From Octopus sinensis (taxonomy: Eukaryota): a stretch of 64,000 nucleotides of DNA. Both the position numbers and the translations under genes were made by a program. The notes under the pieces were generated by a model, which worked only from the letters and a program-made list of their open reading frames with translations, was not told the origin of the DNA and ran no database searches. The stretch lies in assembly GCF_006345805.1 (NCBI RefSeq), contig NC_043022.1, positions 6,820,001-6,884,000 on the forward strand, read 5' to 3'. Shown here in pieces: positions 9,340 to 23,394 of this stretch. How positions within the stretch are numbered: position 1 is the first letter of the stretch; each line of letters opens with the position of its first letter.

Positions 9340-12300
9340 GTTGATGCCATGTATAAAGCACAGGTGATAGTGCCAGGTAAAAAGCATAGGTGATGGTGCC
9401 ATGTATAAAGCACAGGTGATAGTGCCAGGTAAAAAGCATAGGTGATGGTCCCACGTAAAAAGCATAGGTGATGATGCCATGTAAAAAGCACAGGTGATGA
9501 TGCCATGTAAAAAGCACAGGTGATGGTGCCATGTATAAAGCATAGGTGATGATGCCATGTAAAAAGCATAGGTGATGATGCCATGTAAAAAGCATAGGTG
9601 ATGGTGCCACGTAAAAAGCATAGGTGATGGTGCCATGTAAAAAGCACAGGTGATGATGCCATGTAAAAAGCACAGGTGATGATGCCATGTAAAAAGCACA
9701 GGTGATGATGCCATGTAAAAAGCATAGGTGATGATGCCATGTAAAAAGCATAGGTGATGGTGCCACGTAAAAAGCATAGGTGATGATGCCATGTAAAAAG
9801 CATAGGTGATGGTGCCACGTAAAAAGCATAGGTGATGGTGCCATGTAAAAAGCACAGGTGATGATGCCATGTAAAAAGCACAGGTGATGATGCCATGTAA
9901 AAAGCACAGGTGATGATGCCATGTAAAAAGCATAGGTGATGGTGCCACGTAAAAAGCATAGGTGATGGTGCCATGTAAAAAGCACAGGTGATGATGCCAT
10001 GTAAAAAGCACAGGTGATGATGCCATGTAAAAAGCACAGGTGATGATGCCATGTAAAAAGCATAGGTGATGATGCCATGTAAAAAGCATAGGTGATGGTG
10101 CCATGTAAAAAGCATAGGTGATGATGCCATGTAAAAAGCATAGGTGATGGTGCCACGTAAAAAGCATAGGTGATGATGCCATGTAAAAAGCACAGGTGAT
10201 GATGCCATGTAAAAAGCACAGGTGATGATGCCATGTAAAAAGCATAGGTGATGGTGCCACGTAAAAAGCACAGGTGATGATGCCATGTAAAAAGCACAGG
10301 TGATGATGCCATGTAAAAAGCATAGGTGATGGTGCCACGTAAAAAGCATAGGTGATGGTGCCACGTAAAAAGCACAGGTGATGATGCCATGTAAAAAGCA
10401 TAGGTGATGGTTCCACGTAAAAAGCACAGGTGATGATGCCATGTAAAAAGCACAGGTGATGATGCCATGTAAAAAGCACAGGTGATGGTGCCATGTAAAA
10501 AGCACAGGTGATGATGCCATGTAAAAAGCACAGGTGATGATGCCATGTAAAAAGCACAGGTGATGATGCCATGTAAAAAGCATAGGTGATGGTGCCACGT
10601 AAAAAGCATAGGTGATGATGCCATGTAAAAAGCATAGGTGATGGTGCCACGTAAAAAGCATAGGTGATGATGCCATGTAAAAAGCACAGGTGATGATGCC
10701 ATGTATAAAGCATAGGTGATGGTGCCACGTAAAAAGCATAGGTGATGATGCCATGTAAAAAGCACAGGTGATGATGCCATGTATAAAGCATAGGTGATGG
10801 TGCCACGTAAAAAGCACAGGTGATGGTGCCATGTAAAAAGCACAGGTGATGATGCCATGTATAAAGCATAGGTGATGGTGCCATGTAAAAAGCATAGGTG
10901 ATGGTGCCATGTAAAAAGCATAGGTGATGGTGCCATGTAAAAAGCATAGGTGATGGTGCCATGTAAAAAGCACAGGTGATGATGCCATGTAAAAAGCATA
11001 GGTGATGATGCCATGTAAAAAGCATAGGTGATGATGCCATGTAAAAAGCATAGGTGATGATGCCATGTAAAAAGCACAGGTGATGATGCCATGTAAAAAG
11101 CATAGGTGATGGTGCCATGTAAAAAGCATAGGTGATGATGCCATGTAAAAAGCATAGGTGATGGTGCCATGTAAAAAGCACAGGTGATGGTGCCATGTAA
11201 AAAGCACAGGTGATGATGCCATGTAAAAAGCATAGGTGATGGTGCCATGTAAAAAGCATAGGTGATGATGCCATGTAAAAAGCATAGGTGATGATGCCAT
11301 GTAAAAAGCACAGGTGATGGTGCCATGTAAAAAGCATAGGTGATGATGCCATGTAAAAAGCACAGGTGATGATGCCATGTAAAAAGCACAGGTGATGATG
11401 CCATGTAAAAAGCATAGGTGATGATGCCATGTATAAAGCACAGGTGATGGTGCCATGTAAAAAGCATAGGTGATGATGCCATGTAAAAAGCACAGGTGAT
11501 GATGCCATGTAAAAAGCATAGGTGATGATGCCATGTAAAAAGCACAGGTGATGGTGCCATGTAAAAAGCATAGGTGATGATGCCATGTTAAAGCACAGGT
11601 GATGATGCCATGTAAAAAGCATAGGTGATGATGCCATGTAAAAAGCACAGGTGATGATGCCATGTAAAAAGCATAGGTGATGATGCCATGTAAAAAGCAC
11701 AGGTGATGATGCCATGTAAAAGCACAGGTGATGATGCCATGTATAAAGCATAGGTGATGATGCCACGTAAAAAGCACAGGTGATGATGCCATGTAAAAAG
11801 CACAGGTGATGATGCCATGTATAAAGCATAGGTGATGATGCCATGTATAAAGCACAGGTGATGATGCCATGTAAAAAGCACAGGTGATGATGCCATGTAT
11901 AAAGCATAGGTGATGATGCCATGTAAAAAGCACAGGTGATGATGCCATGTAAAAAGCATAGGTGATGATGCCATGTATAAAGCACAGGTGATGATGCCAT
12001 GTAAAAAGCACAGGTGATGATGCCATGTAAAAGCACAGGTGATGATGCCATGTAAAAGCATAGGTGATGATGCCATGTAAAAAGCCAGGGTGATGGCCAT
12101 GTAAAAAGCATAGGTGATGATGCCATGTAAAAAGCACAGGTGATGATGCCATGTAAAAAGCATAGGTGATGATGCCATGTAAAAGCACAGGTGATGATGC
12201 CATGTAAAAAGCACAGGTGATGATGCCATGTAAAAGCACAGGTGATGATGCCATGTATAAAGCACAGGTGTGATGATGCCATGTAAAAGCATAGGTGATG

Positions 12301-15300
12301 ATGCCATGTAAAAAGCACAGGTGATGTGCCACGTAAAAAGCACAGGTGATGATGCCATGTAAAAAGCATAGGTGATGATGCCACGTGTAAAAAGCACAGG
12401 TGATGGATGCCATGTAAAAAGCATAGGTGATGATGCCACGTAAAAAGCACAGGTGATGATGCCATGTATAAAGCATAGGTGATGATGTGCCACGTAAAAA
12501 GCACAGGTGATGATGCCATGTATAAAGCATAGGTGATGATGCACATGTAAAAAGCAAGGTGATGGTGCCATGTATAAAGCATAGGTGATGATGCCACGTA
12601 AAAAGCACAGGTGATGGTGCCATGTATAAAGCATAGGTGATGATGCCACGTAAAAAGCACAGGTGATGGTGCCATGTATAAAGCATAGGTGATGATGCCA
12701 CGTAAAAAGCACAGGTGATGGTGCCATGTATAAAGCATAGGTGATGATGCCACGTAAAAAGCACAGGTGATGATGCCATGTATAAAGCATAGGTGATGAT
12801 GCCATGTATAAAGCACAGGTGATGGTGCCATGTAAAAAGCATAGGTGATGATGCCATGTAAAAAGCACGGTGATGGTGCCATGTATAAAGCATAGTGTGA
12901 TGATGATGCCATGTAAAAAGCACAGGTGATGATGCCATGTAAAAAGCATAGGTGATGATGCCATGTAAAAAGCACAGGTGATGATGCCATGTAAAAAGCA
13001 TAGGTGATGATGCCATGTAAAAAGCACAGGTGATGATGCCATGTATAAAGCATAGGTGATGATGCCATGTAAAAAGCACAGGTGATGGTGCCATGTAAAA
13101 AGCATAGGTGATGATGCCATGTATAAAGCATAGGTGATGATGCCATGTATAAAGCACAGGTGATGGTGCCATGTATAAAGCATAGGTGATGATGCCATGT
13201 ATAAAGCACAGGTGATGATGCCACGTAAAAAGCATAGGTGATGATGCCATGTAAAAAGCACAGGTGATGGTGCCATGTATAAAGCATAGGTGATGATGCC
13301 ATGTAAAAAGCATAGGTGATGATGCCATGTAAAAAGCACAGGTGATGGTGCCATGTAAAAAGCATAGGTGATGATGCCATGTAAAAAGCACAGGTGATGG
13401 TGCCATGTATAAAGCATAGGTGATGATGCCATGTATAAAGCATAGGTGATGATGCCATGTATAAAGCACAGGTGATGATGCCATGTAAAAAGCATAGGTG
13501 ATGATGCCATGTAAAAAGCACAGGTGATGGTGCCATGTAAAAAGCATAGGTGATGATGCCATGTAAAAAGCATAGGTGATGATGCCATGTAAAAAGCACA
13601 GGTGATGATGCCATGTAAAAAGCATAGGTGATGATGCCATGTAAAAAGCACAGGTGATGATGCCATGTAAAAAGCACAGGTGATGATGCCATGTAAAAAG
13701 CACAGGTGATGGTGCCATGTAAAAAGCATAGGTGATGATGCCATGTAAAAAGCACAGGTGATGATGTGCCATGTAAAAGCATAGGTGATGATGCCACGTA
13801 AAAAGCACAGGTGATGATGCCATGTAAAAAGCATAGGTGATGATGCCACGTAAAAAGCACAGGTGATGATGCCATGTAAAAAGCACAGGTGATGGTGCCA
13901 TGTATAAAGCACAGGTGATGGTGCCATGTAAAAAGCACAGGTGATGATGCCATGTATAAAGCACAGGTGATGGTGCCATGTAAAAAGCACAGGTGATGAT
14001 GCCATGTAAAAAGCACAGGTGATGATGCCATGTATAAAGCACAGGTGATGGTGCCATGTAAAAAGCACAGGTGATGATGCCATGTAAAAAGCATAGGTGA
14101 TGATGCCATGTAAAAAGCACAGGTGATGGTGCCATGTAAAAAGCATAGGTGATGATGCCATGTATAAAGCATAGGTGATGATGCCATGTAAAAAGCACAG
14201 GTGATGGTGCCATGTAAAAAGCATAGGTGATGATGCCATGTAAAAAGCACAGGTGATGGTGCCATGTAAAAAGCATAGGTGATGATGCCATGTATAAAGC
14301 ACAGGTGATGGTGCCATGTAAAAAGCACAGGTGATGATGCCATGTATAAAGCATAGGTGATGATGCCATGTAAAAAGCACAGGTGATGGTGCCATGTAAA
14401 AAGCATAGGTGATGGTGCCACGTAAAAGCACAGGTGATGGTGCCATGTAAAAAGCACAGGTGATGGTGCCATGTAAAAAGCATAGGTGATGATGCCATGT
14501 AAAAAGCACAGGTGATGATGCCATGTAAAAAGCACAGGTGATGGTGCCATGTAAAAAGCATAGGTGATGATGCCATGTAAAAAGCACAGGTGATGGTGCC
14601 ATGTATAAAGCATAGGTGATGATGCCATGTAAAAAGCACAGGTGATGATGCCATGTAAAAAGCATAGGTGATGGTGCCATGTAAAAAGCACAGGTGATGG
14701 TGCCAGGTAAAAAGCATAGGTGATGATGCCATGTAAAAAGCACAGGTGATGGTGCCATGTAAAAAGCATAGGTGATGATGCCATGTAAAAAGCACAGGTG
14801 ATGGTGCCATGTAAAAAGCATAGGTGATGATGCCATGTAAAAAGCACAGGTGATGGTGCCATGTAAAAAGCATAGGTGATGATGCCATGTAAAAAGCACA
14901 GGTGATGATGCCATGTAAAAAGCACAGGTGATGATGCCATGTAAAAAGCATAGGTGATGATGCCATGTAAAAAGCACAGGTGATGATGCCATGTAAAAAG
15001 CATAGGTGATGATGCCATGTAAAAAGCATAGGTGATGGTGCCATGTAAAAAGCACAGGTGATGGTGCCATGTAAAAAGCACAGGTGATGATGCCATGTAA
15101 AAAGCATAGGTGATGATGCCACGTAAAAAGCACAGGTGATGGTGCCATGTAAAAAGCACAGGTGATGATGCCATGTAAAAAGCATAGGTGATGATGCCAT
15201 GTAAAAAGCACAGGTGATGATGCCACGTAAAAAGCACAGGTGATGATGCCATGTAAAAAGCATAGGTGATGATGCCACGTAAAAAGCACAGGTGATGGTG

Positions 15301-18300
15301 CCATGTAAAAAGCACAGGTGATGGTGCCACGTAAAAAGCACAGGTGATGATGCCATGTAAAAGCACAGGTGATGGTGCCACGTAAAAAGCACAGGTGATG
15401 ATGCCATGTAAAAAGCACAGGTGATGGTGCCACGTAAAAAGCACAGGTGATGATGCCATGTAAAAAGCACAGGTGATGGTGCCACGTAAAAAGCACAGGT
15501 GATGATGCCATGTAAAAAGCACAGGTGATGGTGCCATGTAAAAAGCACAGGTGATGGTGCCACGTAAAAAACACAGGTGATGGTTCCACGTAAAAAGCAT
15601 AGGTGATGGTGCCAGGAAAAAAGCACAGGTGATGGTGCAATGTAAAAAGCACAGGTGATGATGCCACGTAAAAAGCACAGGTGATGATGCCATGTAAAAA
15701 GCATAGCTGATGGTGCCATGTAAAAAGCATAGGTGATGGTGCCATGTAAAAAGCATAGCTGATGGTGCCATGTAAAAAGCATAGGTGATGGTGCCATGTA
15801 AAAAGCATAGGTGATGATGCCACGTAAAAAGCACAGGTGATGGTGCCATGTAAAAAGCACAGGTGATGATGCCATGTATAAAGCATAGGTGATGATGCCA
15901 CGTAAAAAGCACAGGTGATGATGCCACGTAAAAAGCACAGGTGATGATGCCATGTAAAAAGCACAGGTGATGATGCCACGTAAAAAGCACAGGTGATGAT
16001 GCCACGTAAAAAGCACAGGTGATGATGCCATGTAAAAAGCACAGGTGATGATGCCATGTAAAAAGCACAGGTGATGATGCCATGTAAAAAGCACAGGTGA
16101 TGATGCCATGTAAAAAGCACAGGTGATGGTGCCATGTAAAAAGCATAGGTGATGATGCCACGTAAAAAGCACAGGTGATGGTGCCAGGAAAAAGCACAGG
16201 TGATGGTGCCACGTAAAAAGCACAGGTGATGGTGCCATGTAAAAAACACAGGTGATGGTGCCACGTAAAAAGCACAGGTGATGGTGCCATGTAAAAAGCA
16301 TAGGTGATGATGCCATGTATAAAGCACAGGTGATGGTGCCATGTAAAAAGCACAGGTGATGATGCCATGTAAAAAGCACAGGTGATGATGCCACGTAAAA
16401 AGCACAGGTGATGGTGCCATGTAAAAAGCATAGGTGATGATGCCACGTAAAAAGCACAGGTGATGATGCCACGTAAAAAGCACAGGTGATGATGCCATGT
16501 AAAAAGCACAGGTGATGATGCCACGTAAAAAGCACAGGTGATGATGCCACGTAAAAAGCACAGGTGATGATGCCATGTAAAAAGCACAGGTGATGATGCC
16601 ATGTAAAAAGCACAGGTGATGATGCCATGTAAAAAGCACAGGTGATGATGCCACGTAAAAAGCACAGGTGATGGTGCCATGTAAAAAGCATAGGTGATGA
16701 TGCCATGTATAAAGCACAGGTGATGGTGCCATGTAAAAAGCACAGGTGATGATGCCACGTAAAAAGCACAGGTGATGGTGCCATGTAAAAAGCACAGGTG
16801 ATGGTGCCACGTAAAAAGCACAGGTGATGGTGCCATGTAAAAAACACAGGTGATGGTGCCACGTAAAAAACACAGGTGATGGTGCCATGTAAAAAGCATA
16901 GGTGATGATGCCATGTATAAAGCACAGGTGATGGTGCCATGTAAAAAGCATAGGTGATGGAGCCATGTAAAAAGCACAGGTGATGATGCCACGTAAAAAG
17001 CACAGGTGATGATGCCACGTAAAAAGCACAGGTGATGATGCCATGTAAAAAGCACAGGTGATGATGCCACGTAAAAAGCACAGGTGATGGTGCCATGTAA
17101 AAAGCATAGGTGATGGAGCCATGTAAAAAGCACAGGTGATGATGCCATGTAAAAAGCATAGGTGATGATGCCATGTATAAAGCACAGGTGATGGTGCCAT
17201 GTAAAAAGCACAGGTGATGATGCCACGTAAAAAGCACAGGTGATGGTGCCATGTAAAAAGCACAGGTGATGATGCCACGTAAAAAGCACAGGTGATGGTG
17301 CCATGTAAAAAGCATAGGTGATGATGCCATGTAAAAAGCACAGGTGATGGTGCCATGTAAAAAGCACAGGTGATGATGCCACGTAAAAAGCACAGGTGAT
17401 GGTGCAATGTAAAAAGCACAGGTGATGATGCCACGTAAAAAGCACAGGTGATGGTGCAATGTAAAAAGCACAGGTGATGATGCCACGTAAAAAGCACAGG
17501 TGATGGTGCCACGTAAAAAGCACAGGTGATGGTGCCACGTAAAAAGCACAGGTGATGGTGCCACGTAAAAAGCACAGGTGATGATGCCATGTAAAAAGCA
17601 CAGGTGATGGTGCCACGTAAAAAGCACAGGTGATGATGCCATGTAAAAAGCACAGGTGATGGTGCCACGTAAAAAGCACAGGTGATGATGCCATGTAAAA
17701 AGCACAGGTGATGGCCACGTAAAAAGCACAGGTGATGGTGCCATGTAAAAAGCACAGGTGATGGTGCCACGTAAAAAGCACAGGTGATGATGCCATGTAA
17801 AAAGCACAGGTGATGGTGCCATGTAAAAAGCACAGGTGATGGTGCCACGTAAAAAACACAGGTGATGGTGCCACGTAAAAAGCATAGGTGATGGTGCCAT
17901 GTAAAAAGCATAGGTGATGGTGCCATGTAAAAAACACAGGTGATGGTGCCATGTAAAAAGCACAGGTGATGATGCCATGTAAAAAGCACAGGTGATGATG
18001 CCATGTATAAAGCATAGGTGATGGTGCCATGTAAAAAGCATAGGTGATGGTGCCATGTAAAAAGCATAGGTGGTGGTTCCACGTAAAAAACACAGGTGAT
18101 GGTGCCATGTAAAAAGCATAGGTGATGATGCCATGTATAAAGCACAGGTGATGATGCCATGTAAAAAGCATAGGTGATGGTGCCATGTAAAAAGCATAGG
18201 TGATGGTGCCATGTAAAAAGCATAGGTGGTGGTTCCACGTAAAAAACACAGGTGATGATGCCATGTAAAAAGCACAGGTGATGGTGCCATGTATAAAGCA

Positions 18301-20656
18301 TAGGTGATGATGCCATGTAAAAAGCACAGGTGATGGTGCCATGTAAAAAGCATAGGTGATGATGCCATGTAAAAAGCACAGGTGATGGTGCCATGTAAAA
18401 AGCATAGGTGATGATGCCACGTAAAAGGCATAGGTGGTGGTGCCATGTAAAAAGCATAGGTGATGGTGCCATGTAAAAAACACAGGTGATGGTGCCATGT
18501 AAAAAGCATAGGTGGTGGTGCCATGTAAAAAGCATAGGTGATGGTGCCATGTAAAAGGCATAGGTGGTGGTGCCACGTAAAAAGCACAGGTGATGATTCC
18601 ACGTAAAAAACACAGGTGATGGTTCCACGCAAAAAGCATAGGTGATGGTGCCATATAAAAAGCATAGGTGGCGGTGTCATGTAAAAAACACAGGTGATGG
18701 TGCCACGTAAAAAACGCAGGTGATGGTGCCACGTAAAAAGCATAGGTGATGGTGCCATGTAAAAGGCATAGGTGGCGGTGCCACGTAAAAAGCACAGGTG
18801 GTGGTGCCACGTAAAAAAACACAGGTGATTGTTCCACGTAAAAAACACAGGTGATGGTGCCATGTAAAAAGCATAGGTGGCGCTGCCACGTAAAAAGCAC
18901 AGGTTGTGGTGCCACGTAAAAAACACAGGTGATTGTTCCACGTAAAAAACACAGGTGATGGTTCCACGTAAAAAGCATAGGTGATGGTGCCATGTAAAAA
19001 GCATAGGTGGCGGTGCCATGTAAAAAGCATAGGTGGCGGTGCCATGTAAAAAGCACAGGTGATGATTCCACGTAAAAAACACAGGTGATGGTGCCACGTA
19101 AAAAGCATAGGTGATGGTGCCACGTAAAAAGCACAGGTGATGATGCCATGTAAAAAGCACAGGTGATGATTCCACGTAAAAAGCACAGGTGATGGTGCCA
19201 CGTAAAAAGCATAGGTGATGGTGTCACGTAAAAAACACAGGTGATGGTGCCACGTATAAAGCACAGGTGATGGTGCCATGTAAAAAGCATAGGTTGTGGT
19301 GCCACGTAAAAAACACAGGTGATTGTTCCACGTAAAAAACACAGGTGATGGTTCCACGTAAAAAGCATAGGTGATGGTGCCATGTAAAAAGCATAGGTGG
19401 CGGTGCCATGTAAAAAGCATAGGTGGCGGTGCCATGTAAAAAGCACAGGTGATGATTCCACGTAAAAAACACAGGTGATGGTGCCACGTAAAAAGCATAG
19501 GTGATGGTGCCACGTAAAAAGCACAGGTGATGATGCCATGTAAAAAGCACAGGTGATGATTCCACGTAAAAAGCACAGGTGATGGTGCCACGTAAAAAGC
19601 ATAGGTGATGGTGTCACGTAAAAAACACAGGTGATGGTGCCACGTATAAAGCACAGGTGATGGTGCCATGTAAAAAGCATAGGTTGTGGTGCCACGTAAA
19701 AAACACAGGTGATTGTTCCACGTAAAAAACACAGGTGATGGTTCCACGTAAAAAGCATAGGTGATGGTGCCACGTAAAAAGCATAGGTGATGGTGCCATG
19801 TAAAAAGCATAGGTGGCGGTGCCATGTAAAAAGCATAGGTGGCGGTGCCATGTAAAAAGCACAGGTGATGATTCCACGTAAAAAACACAGGTGATGGTGC
19901 CACGTAAAAAGCATAGGTGATGGTGCCACGTAAAAAACACAGGTGATGGTGCCATGTAAAAAGCACAGGTGATGGTGCCACGTAAAAAGCACAGGTGATG
20001 GTGCCACGTAAAAAGCATAGGTGATGGTGTCACGTAAAAAACACAGGTGATGATGCCACGTAAAAAACACAGGTGATGGCGCCACGTAAAAAACACAGGT
20101 GATGGTGCCACGTATAAAGCACAGGTGATGGTGCCATGTAAAAAGCATAGGTGGTGGTCCCACGTAAAAAACACAGGTGATGGTGCCACGTAAAAAACAC
20201 AGGTGATAGTGCCATGTAAAAAGCATAGGTGGTGGTGCCACGTAAAAAACACAGGTGATGGCGCCACGTAAAAAACACAGGTGATGGTGTCACGTAAAAA
20301 ACACAGGTGATGGTGCCATGTAAAAAACACAGGTGATGGTGCCATGTAAAAAGCACAGGTGTTGGTGCCACGTAGAAATATAGGTGATTGTTCCATGTAA
20401 GAAGCACAGGTGGTGGTTCCACGTAAAAAACACAGGTGATGGTGCCATGTAAAAAACACAGGTGGTGGTTCCACGTAAAAGCATAGGTGATGGTGCCACG
20501 TAAAAAGCATAGGTGATGGTCCCACGTTAAAAGTACAGGTGGTGGTGCCACGTAAAAAACACAGGTGATGGTGCCACGTAAAAAGCACAGGTGATGGTGC
20601 CACGTAAAAAGCATAGGTGATGGTACCACGTAAAAAACACAGGTGATGGTACCACG
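9340..20656. repeat. Large satellite array, 26-bp unit GTAAAAAGCAYAGGTGATGRTGCCAY, about 435 copies
   Basis: Directly visible periodicity. The 26-aa period of the minus-strand ORFs (78 nt = 3 x 26) confirms the unit length. Copy number is span divided by 26. Confidence 0.98.
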
Positions 20657-20877
20657 TGTGTTTGTTTTGATATCAAGATTGGAAAAATCCACCTTGTTCG
20701 TAAAAAGTTTTTGACCTGGGTTTACACCCCCCAAGGAAATCCTTTTTCCGGGCCACTGGACACAGGTATATATTATAGAATGAAAGCAGGATATTATAAT
20801 CTCAGACAACGCTATCGCAGTTCTGGATATTTGTTTTTTAATCTATCCGGTTATTTTTTCTTATACAGAAGTCTTTA

Positions 20878-21013
20878 TTCCGAACCGATCACAAAGAGTG
20901 GCTTCAACTGTGTGTGTGTGTGTGCGCGATATATATATACACATGCATACATCTGTATACAGGGGTGTATTACCTAGGTAGACAGACATACGTTTGTAGA
21001 TATATATATATAT

Positions 21014-21065
<52 letters not shown>

Positions 21066-21228
21066 CCGAACCGATCACAAAGAGTGGCTTCACTGTGTGT
21101 GTGTGTGTGTGAGTGTGTGTGTGTGTGTGTGCGATATATATATATACATGCATACATGCACACATCTGTATACAGGGGTGTATTACCTAGGTAGACAGAC
21201 ATACGTTTGTAGATATATATATACATAC

Positions 21229-21250
<22 letters not shown>
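20878..21250 (+). repeat. Tandem duplication of an ~185-bp microsatellite-containing segment
   Basis: ttccgaaccgatcacaaagagtggcttca..(TG)n..caggggtgtattacctaggtagacagacatacgtttgtaga starts at ~20878 and again at ~21064. Confidence 0.9.
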
Positions 21251-21269
<19 letters not shown>

Positions 21270-22550
21270 CATGTGTTTATATACAGAGATATACACATGT
21301 ATGTGTGTGTATATAGAGTGAGAGTAGACACACATAAATACTTGCATATATACACACATGAATATGAATATATATATAGAGATAGATAGATAGATAAAGC
21401 AGACAACGTCCACGAACTTTAGTAAACCGACCATCGCTACACACACGCAATCACACGCACGCGCACACAAAGCCAATCAGAAACATAAACACCAACTTTC
21501 CTCAAACTTTTACCGCCCCTTCCTTACCACTCCCACGTTAACCAATCAGTCACCGTTCACTCTCTTTCACTCTCCTTCCTACTTCTCTCCTCTCACCACA
21601 CCTCATACCCTTGTCTATCTACTAACACCCTGCCTCTCGAATATTGCCTTCCCTCCGTCTTCTACTCTGTTTCTATCACTTTTACAGCCTCCCACTACTT
21701 CCTATCGTTTACTCCCTCTCCTCTCTGTATTTTTCTTTGTCTCGCTCTATTAATTCACAACTTTTACCTCCCCCTCTCTCATTTTCTTTATCACTTTACA
21801 GCCTCATCCTACTCCTTACTTTTCTCTCACTTGCTCCACACTCCCCCCTTACCATTTAACTTATGTATCTCTTTCCTTCCAATATCCTCTCTTCTCCCCT
21901 CTTCCTTTCTTTGTATTATTTAACTCTCAATCTCTCGCACTCCCACTCTTTCTTTCTTTATATATCTCGCCCTTTTACTCTCTTTTTCTTTATGTCTTTT
22001 TCTTTTCTCCCCAGCACTCGCCCTCTTACTCCCTGTTTCTCTGTATCTCTCTACCTCCTGCCCTCTCACTCTGTCTTTCTCTCTACCTCTCACTCCCTCT
22101 CTCTCGTCTACTAGTTCCAGCTTGTAGCTTCTTCTCATCGAGACCTGGGATTATCGTCTTTGGATTATTTCTCGGTCCCACGACCAATTCAACAGGAAAC
22201 GGCCCGACACTGAGATAAACAAAAACAAAGCAGAGAGAAACAACAAAAAGATATTTAGCAAAAATTAATTAACTCATTCATTTAATCAAGAAAACAAATG
22301 AAAATATAAAAACCGCGAAAAGATGTACCTTGGATGTACCTGGCTGTCCGGCTTGAGTGTTACTTAAGTGTCCCCTGAGTGTCACTCGAGTGTACCTTAA
22401 GTGTCCCCTGCCTTATGTGTGTGTCTACTCTCACTCTATACACACACACATACATGTGTATATCTCTCTGTATATATACACATGTATATATACATATCTA
22501 CAAACGTATGTCTATGTCTATCTAGGTAATGTACCCCTGTGTACAGATGT
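21162..22550. repeat. Long diverged inverted repeat (21162-21337 / 22413-22550) enclosing ~1.07 kb of mostly CT-rich DNA
   Basis: acatctgtatacaggggtgtattacctaggtagac..gagtgagagtagacacacataa is reverse-complementary to ttatgtgtgtgtctactctcactc..ctaggtaatgtacccctgtgtacagatgt. Confidence 0.8.
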
Positions 22551-23123
22551 TCACTGGTAAATATTTCTCTACATACATGTGTGTGACCAATATATACATA
22601 TACCTACTTGTCTATATATTTTCTCTATATACACCTGTATAAGTATGTATATATTCCGATGTAGACCTCAATCCAACATGTGAATACAAAAGAAGGAGAA
22701 ACTCTTCATGTTGAACAATAAATCTCTATCTGTGTGTGTATATAATATGCATCATACATGTGTGTATGTATGCATATTTATGTATACATACATGTTGATC
22801 TCAGTGTACCTGTCTCTAACAACGGCAATTCATTAACAATTCATAAACCCAATTAAGGACTAAATTACTTCAGTGGATACAAAAACTTTAATTAGATGCA
22901 GACCAAATGGATAAAATAGAAGGTAAAAAATATATATCACATCATATATCATATCTATCTGTCTGTTTGTCTGTATATCAATCAATCAATCAATCAATCT
23001 ATCTATCTATCTATCTATCTTTTTTTGTTTCTTTTGTTTTTTGTTTTTTTCATCCCCCAAAAGAAAGCTCTACCTTGTAACTTGTCCCATCTGTGTGCAG
23101 CCCTGTGTGGCCAATAAAGAAAC

Positions 23124-23125
<2 letters not shown>

Positions 23126-23215
<90 letters not shown>

Positions 23216-23313
23216 TTGTCTATCGATATATCTATCTGTTGGTCTGTCTAATTGTCTATCGATCTATCTATCTGTTGGTCTGTCTATTTGTCTATCGATC
23301 TATCTATCTGTTG

Positions 23314-23394
<81 letters not shown>

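Noticed and set aside
9256-20809. Giant 2300-3660 aa ORFs as a real protein-coding gene
   Set aside because: They overlap in all three frames, have no unique N- or C-terminal domain, and follow directly from a stop-free 26-bp unit.
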